Position numbers and translations under genes: made by a program. The notes beneath the pieces were generated by a model, which searched no databases, was not told where the DNA came from, and was given only the letters and a program-made list of their open reading frames with translations. From the NCBI GenBank assembly GCA_000320545.1, contig ADNK01003483.1, forward strand, positions 49,885-113,884: 64,000 nt of DNA, in the 5' to 3' direction. Source of the DNA: Bigelowiella natans CCMP2755. Taxonomy: Eukaryota; Protista; Cercozoa. Shown piece by piece: positions 14,593 to 27,123 of the stretch (positions are counted from its first letter, which is position 1; every line of letters begins with the position of its first letter).

Positions 14593-15523
14593 AGGACTTA
14601 GGAACAAAATTAATCAAGAATCTGTGAGTACTATATCAAACCCTGTGACTCTCTAATGATGGTATTTAAAATGGAAGTTCCACCATCACCATCACCATCA
14701 CCACTGCACTCCTACTGCTACTTACTATAGAACAAGTATTGTAATTACTTTACGCAATGCATGATGAAGTTATTGTTGCCAAGATTATATGATATCTTCT
14801 CCAAGTCCTTGAGATCGATTCTTCTCTTCACCTTCCCTAGATTCTCGGCGCGCACCTGAGTAGTAAATACAGCAGTTGTCGTCGGATCATTGTAATAACA
14901 AATATTTTCTAACAGAAGCAAGTTAGTGAGGTTGTTCCCTCTTAAATACCACGAAACCAGGGATTATACCACCTTGTATATCGCTGAGTCGCTAACAATA
15001 AGCACCCTCACTTTCAATTCTTTGCTTCGAGCCCCCGCCAACTGTCACCATTTTTTTCAAATGAGAAAGTCAATTTGGAGCTCAAGCAGTACATATATGA
15101 TTCGAAAGAGTAACTGTATTGATATGAACAAATGTTTCCCTCCCACCAGATATTTATTCACTACTAGTAGTTTGGCAAGAGAAGTATGTATATATTCAAA
15201 TTCGTGCTGCTGTTGTTTTGTGCAATACAGACCTGTGTCACTCGCCCAGCCCAGAGAACCTTCTCTCCATTTAATACTTGCTTAATCTATTGTCGGGATA
15301 ATTTTGTTGTTTTGGTAACAATGGGATGATGGTGATGATGATGATGATGATGATGCAGAGATCCACATAATAATAATGCAGGAGGAGGGTGGGTGAGATC
15401 ATGATGATGATGATGCGGAGATGATCTACAAATTATGCAGGAGGAGGGTGGGTGAGATGATGGGGGCACCTTTGGATGGTCTTCGAGAGAATGGCCGGCA
15501 TCACTGCTATGATTACTTCCCAT
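6380..15523 (-). CDS. STE20-family Ser/Thr kinase with an N-terminal myristoylation motif and a myosin-I TH1/PH-like domain (multi-exon)
   Basis: Kinase exons, all phase-consistent: 10141-10097, 9870-9820, 9276-9235, 9032-8973, 8785-8739, 8547-8484, 8067-7991, 7831-7749, 7618-7536, 7175-7122, 6926-6744. They give IGQGAFGSVY..IAVK..KEIE..MELMDGS..HRDLKAAN..DFG..GSPYWMAPE..DVWSLG. N-terminal exons 15523-15470 (MGSNHSS), 15041-14973, 14855-14754, 14652-14642 and 14525 downward give KVRVLIVSDSAIYK..VKRRIDLKDLEKIS..FIMH..YDYRYSS..EIV. The linker exons at 14.2-10.7 kb and the exact stop were only partly traced. Confidence 0.8.
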
Positions 15524-16878
15524 TATTATTCTTAATCCTGTCCTTCTAATTTGCTATCCGTCCTCCGGATACTAGAGGAAGGAGAGGTTACCCACGCACA
15601 GCGAGGGCGACGACGGTGAGAGCCCAAACTCCTATAATAATGACTAAGGAAACCAAAATCACAGTCAATCTTGGATGATAATAGATTGTCATATCGCTCT
15701 TTTAGAACAAATACATACGATTCCCTCGTGAACTTGTTGATGAAAAAAATAAGCATTTGTTGCACGATCCTCCAACATGTGACTGTTCATACAGTGTGCA
15801 AGTGAAATTTCCTATGTTCGGACGCGCATCCAAAACGGTGATTTGCCGCGTGCAAATGGGATCCAATAGAATATCATGTACAGTGATTAGGCAATGACAG
15901 CAGCATCATACTCTAAAGCTTCAACAAAGTGGGGCCGGAGAACGTAGAAAAAATGCCTCGTTTATGTACAAGACAATCCTTCTACATCTTGGATCGCTAG
16001 CATCACTATATCAATGGTGAATTGTACAAGAGACACCCAAATCAGGCTCGAATATAGAAATAGCTACGGCTTTTCATATTTTTTATATCTTGATTGGATA
16101 GCTCAAATTAGGTCTGAGACTCACTTGTGGGCCGAGATTTGCAAACCGACAACAGTACGACGTTCTCTTCTCTGCTTAACAAATTTCAGAATATTCCTTA
16201 GAAATTATTGGAAGACATTTAAGGAAACAGAGTTTTCATGGAAAAATGAGTATGAGGGGTATCATGATAGCCAAAAAGTACAGTCTAATATATCTGAAAA
16301 CGAGTTCTCAGAAACGACTAAAAGGAGGACATTCTTTTGTAAAATTACCAGCAACAAGTCCAATGACGTTTTCAACCATATCCAGATTTCCCACTATTTC
16401 TGCTGTAATATTGTCCTACGTTTCCTAGGAAGTTGTTTTTACTTTGGCATCATATCAGCTGCCGGCAGCACGTGCATTTTTTGTTGTGACTGTGACCCAT
16501 ATTTTATTGTTATTTTTGTGACCAAAATTAGAGTGACCTTGGATTTCGAGACCAAAAAAGAAAGGTTGCATCTGATGTGGCAGCAAGTATTTTTTTCAAG
16601 TTATTTTTCAGCGACGGGAATCGGTTTTCATTTAGTCCATAAAACACACTGAAAACTACCAAAATGTGTGCAATAATATCTGGAGAAAAGGATCCGAGAG
16701 ATGAAGAATCACAAGTAAATGGTGAGATATATGTATATCGTGGAAATAAGTGGGATTATTTTTTTCCTATTTGGACTGTTTCAACTTCCTACTACTTTCC
16801 TTCAAGAAGAAGAAGAAGAAGAACCAACTCCAAGCACACATCATCAGAGACTAGATTCGGAAAAATACTAACAACTAC

Positions 16879-18294
16879 ATGGAACCCCTAGATGCACACA
16901 AGCTGGAAAGCCTACCCTATCGCGAATTGCAGGGCCTTGCAAAGAAGAGGGGTATCCCTGCTAACAAGAAAAAGGTGGAAACCCTATTTTTCTCCTCGGT
17001 GGGAGACTAAGACCTTCGAATTATCATGGAAAAATCTTAGGAGGTACTCATTAAGCTTCTGCTTGAAAAAAATAAAAATGGGGACGAAGGACTAGGTAAA
17101 TTAAATAAACAGCAATCCTTGAAACTCACTGATCCTGTATTTTATTGCAAGTGTTAAGTGATCGAATAAAATTTCCTGCATGCACGATACATCATCAGTC
17201 CATGTTGTTTTCTTGGCTATATTCATTGATAAATGAGCCGCAGAAGCTTCTATTCTTGATATTTTCATTTAGATATTCAAACTACACTTCTAATAACCAA
17301 TAATGATTACAGCATATGATTGGGGATTCAATTTCATAGAATTTGATTGGGAACACTTGATGATGGAAAATTTTAATTTATACCATCATCGTTTTTGTGT
17401 TTTGAGTTAAATCTCTCAAGTTGTCATCCCAACTTTCCTTATTCCATTTTTCCACTTTTAATGAATCAGATAAACCAGGACTGGTAAGAATCTTCAGCAA
17501 TGTTGTGAATTAGATTCCCTCCTCTATCTTATATGCCTGACGATATTTCTAATTTTGTTAAAGTAGTGAATAATGTGTTTCTGCTGAACATGGTGGTGTC
17601 ACAACAAAGCTGGAATTTTGCTTATGTTGTAATGTATATTACATATCAGGACTATGCAAATACCGATCAAATTAAATCTATGAAGGTGTTTGTTGAGCAA
17701 TTGAGTGCGAGAAACATGATGATATTAGAAGACTTATGTTTTCCCTCTTGTTTTGAGTTAAAACCATTATTTCCTACCTACTCTCCTTCTCTACTTCAAT
17801 TTGTCTTTTTGCTTGGCATAAAGACTAATATGGACGACTTGCTGCCTCCGGGAACGCCGCAGCTAAGTACTACCACATGTTTGAAATACATACATTTAGA
17901 TCAAGACCGCACAACAAAACTGCATTATTAATTACCGAGAAATCTAAATCTCCATCCTCTCTTCCTCCCCCATTCATTGATTTTTTAGAGAAAGTTCCAT
18001 CACTGAACCGAGGACGATCTTCAGATCCAATCTCCGAAGAGCAAGTCCTTACCTCCTCCCCCCCCCCCCCACACACATATTATGATTAAGATGTTCACCG
18101 TGAACTATTCATCATTTGTCAAACATCTAGTATGTTAGGGTGGTTGTTGTTTAGTAAGTAATCAACTTGTAGGTGAAGGAATACAAGGAAGCTTGGAAGC
18201 TCTTCGACTTGGTAGTAGTAGTAGTAGTGGTGGTGGTGGTAGCAGTAGATGTAGTTATGTAAATACCTTTAAATTATTATCTTTATCGTCAATT

Positions 18295-18333
<39 letters not shown>

Positions 18334-20270
18334 TTAGGATGGGGACGGATCTATTTCACGCGACGAGCTGAGAAAGCTCATGAAATCTACGGGGCAAGTA
18401 AGCGATCGATTGGATTTGTTGTATTTGCATCATATCTTCTTGTTGGCACTAAGTTTAGGAATAATCCAGTGATGACGACGATCCAATTTAACATAATGAT
18501 AAAGATTGAAATCTGTCACAAAGATTTGCATTTGTATAGCACATTTGTATAGCAGCAAAATATGAATATGAACGGATTAATATATAACAGTAACAATGGA
18601 GATTTGAGAGAAGTTAATAAGAGTGAATTCTGCTTCATTCTAGAGTTTTGGAATACTGCATGTATACACTCCAACATCGTATTTGCTGTTAGTGTAAAGT
18701 GATTGATACTGAATAATGTGTATCTTGTGAATTCTCCTTCGTGTTCAATCATAAGGTGTACACGGAAGAAGAGCTTACACGCATCATCGAGGAGGCAGAC
18801 GAAGATGGGTGATTAATGCAGTTGACGTTTGGATATGCGATCAGAGGGAATAATAATAATAATGCCCGTGATTCATTGCCAAACAACATTTATTTTACCG
18901 TCATCTGGCATTGATTTCATCTTCTTTTGGTACATGCCGCACTACAGAAATGGTGAAATCGATTTCAATGAATTTCTTTCGATCATGACGGCTCCTACCA
19001 GCATTAAAGTACAACGCAATAAATACAAACAAGAACAATAGTGAAAAAGTACAGGGGGGCAAGTTAGAGCAAGAAATAATAGGAAGAATGATATAATGAT
19101 ATCGAAGTTGATTGATTGATTCATTGGTTGATCATGTGTGTCTTGTTATCTTTCTTACTTACTTACTTACTTACTTTCTTTGTTGATGGATAAAGGACGA
19201 AATCAAAGCTACTTTTGATATATTTGACCAATCGCGACGAGGTGAGTCATTATGTTCGTCAGTCAAAAATTACAACGTTAGTCTGAAACATTACAGATGT
19301 TCACTATTAACCACCTTTATTATCTCCTCCTCCTTCCTCCTCCTCTTCCTAGGGTTCTTCGATTTTGTCGATATCAAAAAGGTAGGTAGGTAGGTAGGTA
19401 GGTAGGTGAGCAGTGCGATTGTATTAGTGCTACATAGAATGAAAACAAACTGCAAATTGCATCAAATTTGAAATCAACAACTAAATGCAGCATATGGTTG
19501 TGCAGGTGATGCATTCCATCGGCGAAAACCTCTCGGTTAGTAAATAAATAGAGCGTCTGTACTACTTATTCTATTGCTGCTACTTAATAATATTCTATTC
19601 TGGTGTATGATGTGCTGATTGTTAATATTTGGTCAGGACGAGGAGGCAACGACGATGTTTCGAGAAGCGGTATCATCATTAAAACAGTAGTAGTTAGTGC
19701 ATCCATGCATACATGAGAAATCGTAAGATAATAGAATATCACCTCAGTAATACTATGAGATGATGATGTACACCTGTGTGTCCGCTATTTTGTAACGGAA
19801 ATAGCTATAATGAATACTGCACAAATACTGATAGCAGCTTATACGTCAATTGTTACTCTTTCGATTGTTTCTTCGAATGACTGGTGCTGTCGTTGTCATC
19901 ATCGTCATCATCATCATCGTCATCATCATTATCGACGTTCTCTTTAGGATGTGGACAAAGATGGCCGGGTGACGTTGGAGGATATGGTACTACAATGAAA
20001 TGCTTTCTGTTGAACAGAATAAGAGAGATGGTTGTTGCAGGAATTCGATCTTAAATCAGTAACTAATTGCTGTTCGTTTTCAATTTGACGTCCATGTTTG
20101 TTTTTTTGAAATGATATTTATTTTCATTTAATCAATGTGTGTCGTTGGAGAATCATTAATCTAGTGATTTGTTATGTTGTATTATGATCATTTAGGTTGC
20201 GATGATTAAGCCTCCTGCTGCGAAATTTAAGAGGAGAGGAAGTATCAAATCAACTTTCAAATCAACTTAA
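16879..20270 (+). CDS. Calmodulin-like 4-EF-hand protein with an N-terminal SAP/HeH-like helix-extension-helix motif (multi-exon)
   Basis: Phase-consistent exons 16879-16974, 17041-17095, 17470-17483, 17650-17685, 17824-17866, 17989-18044, then EF-hand exons (EYKEAWKLFDLDGDGSISRDEL; EADEDGNGEIDFNEFL; ATFDIFDQSRRGFFDFVDI; EADVDKDGRVTLEDM), ending VAMIKPPAAKFKRRGSIKSTFKST* at 20270. N-terminus reads LESLPYRELQGLAKKRGIPANKKKEVLIKLLLE. Confidence 0.8.
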
Positions 20271-20329
20271 TTCTCACAATGGCTTGTTTGTACATTTAAT
20301 ACTAACAGACAGGTTGAATAACATAATCT

Positions 20330-20800
20330 AATGGCGTCACCTTGTAAGTAAGCACTATGTGCAGAACGTGTTGCTTGTGTGTCGTGCGCATACGTACACG
20401 TACGACGGTTTTGGCCTGTTTCATGCTAGCATGCATGTACACGTAGCAGCGGTAGCACATCTTGAACAAAAAAACCTAGCTTGCTAGCCTGACGAAGCAA
20501 CGTGCAGCAAGCGCTATATAGCTATATGTCGTATGCTGCATGAGACTCACAACTTGTGATGAACATCATGAACATGCTGTCGTAGCATGTCCATCATCGC
20601 ATCATGCTATACTATGTGCTAGTGTGCATCAAACAAATGTGCGCCTCGATGACACACCGAACAACAACAACAAATGGCACAGCAATAATGTGATGAACGA
20701 AACAGTAAAATTATCACAAAGTTATTTTAATAAAAGGTACTTCCTAATCTTAAGCGTTCAATTTGACAATCTAGCAATGCTAGAATTTTGTAGAAATGAG
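20330..20800. repeat. Palindrome-rich intergenic spacer B between convergent genes
   Basis: CATGCTAGCATG (20422-20433), GCTATATAGC (20513-20522), dense CTAG/CATG/TGCA/ACGT words, and AATGCTAGAAT at 20776. Confidence 0.7.
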
Positions 20801-20885
20801 AAAATTATCACAAGTTGATTCAACTTGATTTTTATGTGCCACGTGATGTTGAATTTTGTTGGAGGGGTCGCAAGATGTTTCGTCT

Positions 20886-22284
20886 CTAGTTTCCCTCCTC
20901 ATCATCATAATCTTCTTCATCGTCACCCTCATCTTCGTCTTCGTCATACTCGCCTGTTTGAGAAAAATACTAATCAGTTCACCGAATGAATCTTAAATTG
21001 ATATAATTAGTTGTAGTTTACTTTCATAATCCTCATCTTCGTCTTGATGCTCATCGTAGTCAGCATCTTCATCGTCATCCTCCTCCTAATTTAGAGATAA
21101 CATTGTACTAAATTCAGATACCTACACAGACAGCCTTTCTGAAGTACCACACCAAGCACATCGAAAAATAGTTTTGAAGGGACCACCGCATGTTATCTGT
21201 TTAGACCACCATCTTCTTTCTTCCCCTCTTTCTCTCACTCACCCTATCTTTCACCATGTACAACATACCAAATCGTGCTCTTCCATTTCTTCATCTTCGT
21301 GGAAGTCACTTCCAGAGAGTTCAACATCATGGTCAATACTGCTATCATCATCATCATCATCATCCTCGTCCACAACAGGAGGGAGATCATATTGAGAACG
21401 GGGTGAAGTGCCTGTCGTTCAAGAGAAGGGGATTTGCTTTATGAAATCATATGAAATACTCGTATAATAATGCACGAAGAGAAGAATAAATTGATGATGA
21501 ATTCCATTCTGGGTTAAAAGCAATGTAAGGTGGTAGTATTGCACATACAAAATGAGAAGATGTTGAAGATGCCCCAGAAAGGAGAGTTTTTCCTAAGAGT
21601 TGTGAGATCATATAATAGAGAAGTATGCAGAATTTTTAATGCTTCTTGTACTTGAAGAAGAAGGAAACGTGATTGATGGTGTTCAAAACAGTGGTTGTAT
21701 CCTTAATTTTATTGTTGTCCATTCCAATAGCAGCTATCATCACAGCTCTTCTTGTTGTTCTTGTTGTTCTTGTTGTTACATACCGTATTTGCCTGTCTCT
21801 CTTAACTTGGTGTTCCACCGTTTTATTGCTAGATAGATCATGGTGGTGGAAATCAGAAATAAATATTGAGAGACCTCATAAGTAAAAACACACGCGCACA
21901 AGACTCCACGCATATAACATATAATTTATAATTATGTTCTTATTTATGTTTACGTGTGTATGATAGTGTAAGTGGATATACAAACTTACATAATTTCATG
22001 GCGCTTCTTGTTGGCTGAGAGGATGTAAACAAAAGGCAATCAATGCAACAACAGCATATTTTACATCGATCATTGTTCCATTTATTGATGATAGGTTTCA
22101 ACTATCCCCCTCCTCCTCCTTTTTGTTCTTCTTATTATTATGTTACTTTGATCGTCAAACTCTTTCTTCATATGCTTTCGAATCAAGTCTGCCAGATAGA
22201 CAACGTCCTTCTGTTTCACGAGGACGAGAACGAGGAGGGCGAGGGGGGGGAAATGGTGGTACTTAGTACTGTGGTAAGCTTCAC

Positions 22285-22316
<32 letters not shown>

Positions 22317-22806
22317 CTCAATGTCCACTCTCACATCAACAGTCGATCTTTGTGCTGGTAGAAGAAATTAAATACCAGTATTACCTCTTCGTGTAGTAGA
22401 TCTCTCCAGGACAACTCGCAATTATCTTTAAGCTTTTCGTCTGGGTACTTTAAGTTGACGGTGTACTTGATCAGATGGTACCTACGAAGGAAAACAATCA
22501 ACAACTTATAATAATAATACCCTTAAGGAGGAGGGAGGAGGAGGATGAGAACCATGTCACACAGCAAACAAGAAGCAACAACGCCAATAGCAGCTGCAGC
22601 TTCTTATGAAACACAGACCCTTTTCCAAAAATTTTACTATTTTTTGGAATACCAAATGCTGTTGTTATTATCATCTAATTTGTGCTCCGAGTGCAGCGAT
22701 GCTCGTCCCAACACCGCTGCTGCTACTACTGCTACTACCCAATCGGGTGAGCGGTCATAATAGCAAACATCCAACACCCGCCTTCCAATCTCCTCCCTGT
22801 ACTATC

Positions 22807-22845
<39 letters not shown>

Positions 22846-22976
22846 ACCCGGTGATTCTTATCTCCTCCTTCATATCAGATGCACCTGATTTGCAGCAGCA
22901 GCAGTAGTAGTAGTAGTAGTAGTAGCACCCAACAATTTCATTATTGTTTAGTTTAGGGCTGCCGACATTTGATGAA

Positions 22977-23008
<32 letters not shown>

Positions 23009-23493
23009 ATTGACGGTTATGAATAATCACCAAATGGTGTTTGAATGGATGGAGAGTGCATTTTCAACAACCTTTATCTCGGATACGATCTCGAAGACAA
23101 TCGATAACGTCAGGATTTGTTTTGTGAAGCTGTAGGAAGGAAGGAATGGAGAATATGCACCATAAAAACCCATATCATCAGACAATTATCACTAAGTTTT
23201 GAGTAATAGTAGTAGTAGTAGTAGTAGTAGTAGTAATAGTACCATATGCTAAGCAGAACAGAGCAAAATGACGCATGATGAAACCATATCGTGATAAGTA
23301 ATTGTCATCTAATCGTCATCACCTCCATATCGAAGGCCCAATCAAGGACCTCACGATTTCTCCACGTTTTCATTGGCGGATACACCTATATCATCGATCG
23401 CAACAACAACAACAACCACAACCGTAACGTTCCAATTCTCATTTTAGAAAATCTACTATTCAATCCTGCTAGCTAACTCTCTCTTTTTCTGAT

Positions 23494-23530
<37 letters not shown>

Positions 23531-23868
23531 GTCTTATATCTGAGCTCCTACCTGAACATGTTCAATGTACTTGGAATGATCCAAAGCGTATATGCCATCA
23601 ATCTTGAACCTATATCGTATGATGATGTGATTTACACATTAATGGCTTTCTCATTCTAGTGGCATACTGTGCTTCTTGTGAGGACAAGTGAGCTAATCAG
23701 TGTGCTGAGTGTATTTGTGGACTTATTTCTTTATTTCTAAAACAAAAATAAAATATAGAATAGAATTCTCCCTTCCTCCTCCTCCTCCTACCTCACAATG
23801 ACTGTAGTGTCAATGTAGATAGTTATATCATTATTAAGCATTGCTGTTGTCTACTATTCCTATCTTTG

Positions 23869-23907
<39 letters not shown>

Positions 23908-24144
23908 GATCAGCATAGTCCGGTAAGTCTTCAGCTTTATGCCGTTCCAGAGGTTTCTCTTGCGTGATATTCTCAAACTCCTTCTTAATTTTCTACATAC
24001 ACGCATTCACGCATACAGTGATGACGGGATTGTAATTTGCAATCGTCAGTGGTGTAATGATAAGCAACGATAAGAGAGAAAGAGAAACTAGAAAATTAAG
24101 CGCACGTTTCATCTCATCTTTTGCCGCTACTACTACTCAAACAT

Positions 24145-24229
<85 letters not shown>

Positions 24230-25119
24230 CATCCTGCACATATGATGTACATATCACGAATAATACGTGCACTGCAGCAGCTGCTGCTGCTAGGATCTTT
24301 AAGCAACTCAATACTTCATAATCATAATCATTAATATAATCATTCGAAACATTTGTTCTAACAAGTCTTCACTTTTCTCCTCCTCCTCCTCCTCCTCCTC
24401 CTCCTCCTCCTCCTCCTCCATCACAATCCCCTATTACTTACTTACATTGTATGCTTCTTCATAGGTTGCTAGCTTCTTTACAGGCCTAATGATAGTCAGT
24501 GCCCCGTATAGATCGCTTATCATCTATCTCATCGTCATCATTTTCATCATCATTATCATCGTCATCAAATACTACACCACAACCACTGTAATACCCCTTG
24601 TCCTACTACTATTACTATTACTACTATTACTACTACTACTACACCACAACAACAACAACATACCAAACAACACTAACAGCATCATCACCATCAATACCAC
24701 AGAAAGGTAGCAAAAATACTTTATTTCCGTTGATTGCGATTTAATTTACTATACCTTGGATCTACTGCATATGCTTCGACGAGTGTGTTGACTGCTTTTC
24801 GCATCAGATTCTGTTGGTCTCGAGCCTAGGATTAGATTATTTCCATTCATGTAAATGAGGATGCTATTAATGCATAACGCGATGATATAGAGACGACGAC
24901 GAGATCGCGCAACCAAAAATGAACTCTATGTCAATGTTTGTTTGTTTGTGTTATATCTGAAAACCTTTGCACAAAGCCCAGCTTGCCTCTCATGTGACTG
25001 GATTTTAATGAGTAACAATTCATAGGTTTAATTCATCTTTCATTCTTATAGTGATATGATTACAAATGATTACCTGATACGCATCGAAGAGAGACGAAGC
25101 GAATTCCTGAAAGAATGGG

Positions 25120-25162
<43 letters not shown>

Positions 25163-27090
25163 AGAGAGGCAAAGAGAGACGATACTCCTCACACTGTGCA
25201 TCAACTGTAAACAACATACGATGTAATTATTACCGCTTTGGACTTCAACCATTCCTTTTCAAGGTCTGCCCTTTCGTCCTTGAGACTTTGTAATGCTGTC
25301 TTATGCCTTTTTCATAGATTGACGTGAATTAAGAATGTTCGTGTGCGGGATTAGATAACAATCTCTAAAACTTGCAAAGATGTAGCACCTACCTCTCTAC
25401 CAACAGCGCTCTGACATTGATTCCCGTTTTAGTACCTGTATATATAAACATACATTGTAGCAGCAGCTGCATTGAGGCTGAGAAGGTTTTCATAAAGTAC
25501 TTTATCATCATTATCATCTTCTTCGTCATAGTTTAAAAAAGAGAGAGGATGGATCTTACTTGAAACTGGCTTCGTTTTGAGGATTTTGAGGACACTCATG
25601 ACAAGATACAGTATTGCCTCATGTTGAGGGCGGCCTGGTAGATAAAGCACGTTAATAAATATTATGTATTTACGCAGCAAATATCTTTTGAGAATGGTAA
25701 AGCGAATAGTCTTTAATTTACACCTTTCGCTGTTGGCTTTTGCTCCTCCAAAATCGACCCTCTTTCCATTTCCTAAGAGTCATATCATCATTTAAAACTT
25801 GGATCAGATCAACAAATCGTCATGAGATCTTTGATGAAAAAAATTAAGTAAGTAAAAATTGGTATCAAACCTGTTCGGCGAAACTTTTGAGATCTCCATT
25901 ATCCTGATCTTCTGAATAGTGGTTGTGTAAATGGTACTTTATATTCTGAAGAGCTCCACTGTTGGGTTACTACTTTCCAAGGCTGCTGCTGCTGCTACTA
26001 CTACTACTACTACATGAGTTACATTCTAAATCATCAAAACCTTTCTTCTTCGTCGATTTACCTACCATAATACACTAAGATTAGCAGCAAATCTATGTGA
26101 TAAAACCAGAATGGGCAAAATGATATAACTAACCCAGATCCAACAGACGCTCCATCTCACGAGACAATCCCTCCGCAAGATAGATAGTTAACTGTAGGTA
26201 CAATATCACGACGATGAACCAACAGAATTGCATGTCAATGCCAATGTGTGACGATGGTGGTGATGATGATGGGGACAGTGATGATGACTTTGCCACTACT
26301 ACATTATCAACTGCCGATGAAATCAGTTTTGTAAATTCATGGCAAAATTACGGTGACACTTTTTCTATACTCCTGGGTAACCTACCTGTGTTTTAAAGTC
26401 CTCACTCCATTGGTCAGAAACCTGCATGGAAAAATTTAGGAAAAGACGATGTTGATTCTATGAGTTCAAAAAGAAAACTAAACTAGAGTCTTCCAACTAA
26501 TGTCAACCAGTTTCGCCGCGTGAAACTCAACTTGCTTCTTTGTTTCTGATTCAATTATAAGATTTAGCAGTGTACGCAATACATGAACGGGTATTGCAAT
26601 TTTTCACCTTTTGCTTCTGCGAGTGAGTTTCCCTGATGTGTTATTTGTGAAATTCAGTTGTTATGATCAGTATTCGCGTAGTGAGAAATGATAGTAGTAA
26701 TTGATACATCTTCTTCCACTTGATGATGATGATGATAGATAATGCTGGAAAAACTAAAAATACACAGTGCATACCAAGTTTTCCATCTCAGCAGTCTCTT
26801 GATGAAGAATCAGCCAGTGCTTCCACATCCGAGATACACGCTTGTGAAGGTCGCTAATATATTTTACCTTACAAATAACGGGGAGAAACACAGCATTCAA
26901 CCAAGTAACAGACACCACCCTTTCAAAGCTGGTTGTTCTCTACCATTTCAAGTGCATTTTGAGACATCAACCCGGCTTTGATTCTTTTATCTCCACCCTA
27001 AAATTACGTGCTAACCATTAGGGATCGAAGAGAAACTGAGAGGTTCTTAGCTAGGTAGTTGTGGTGGTAGTGGTGAGGTGGTTGTTGTTG

Positions 27091-27123
<33 letters not shown>

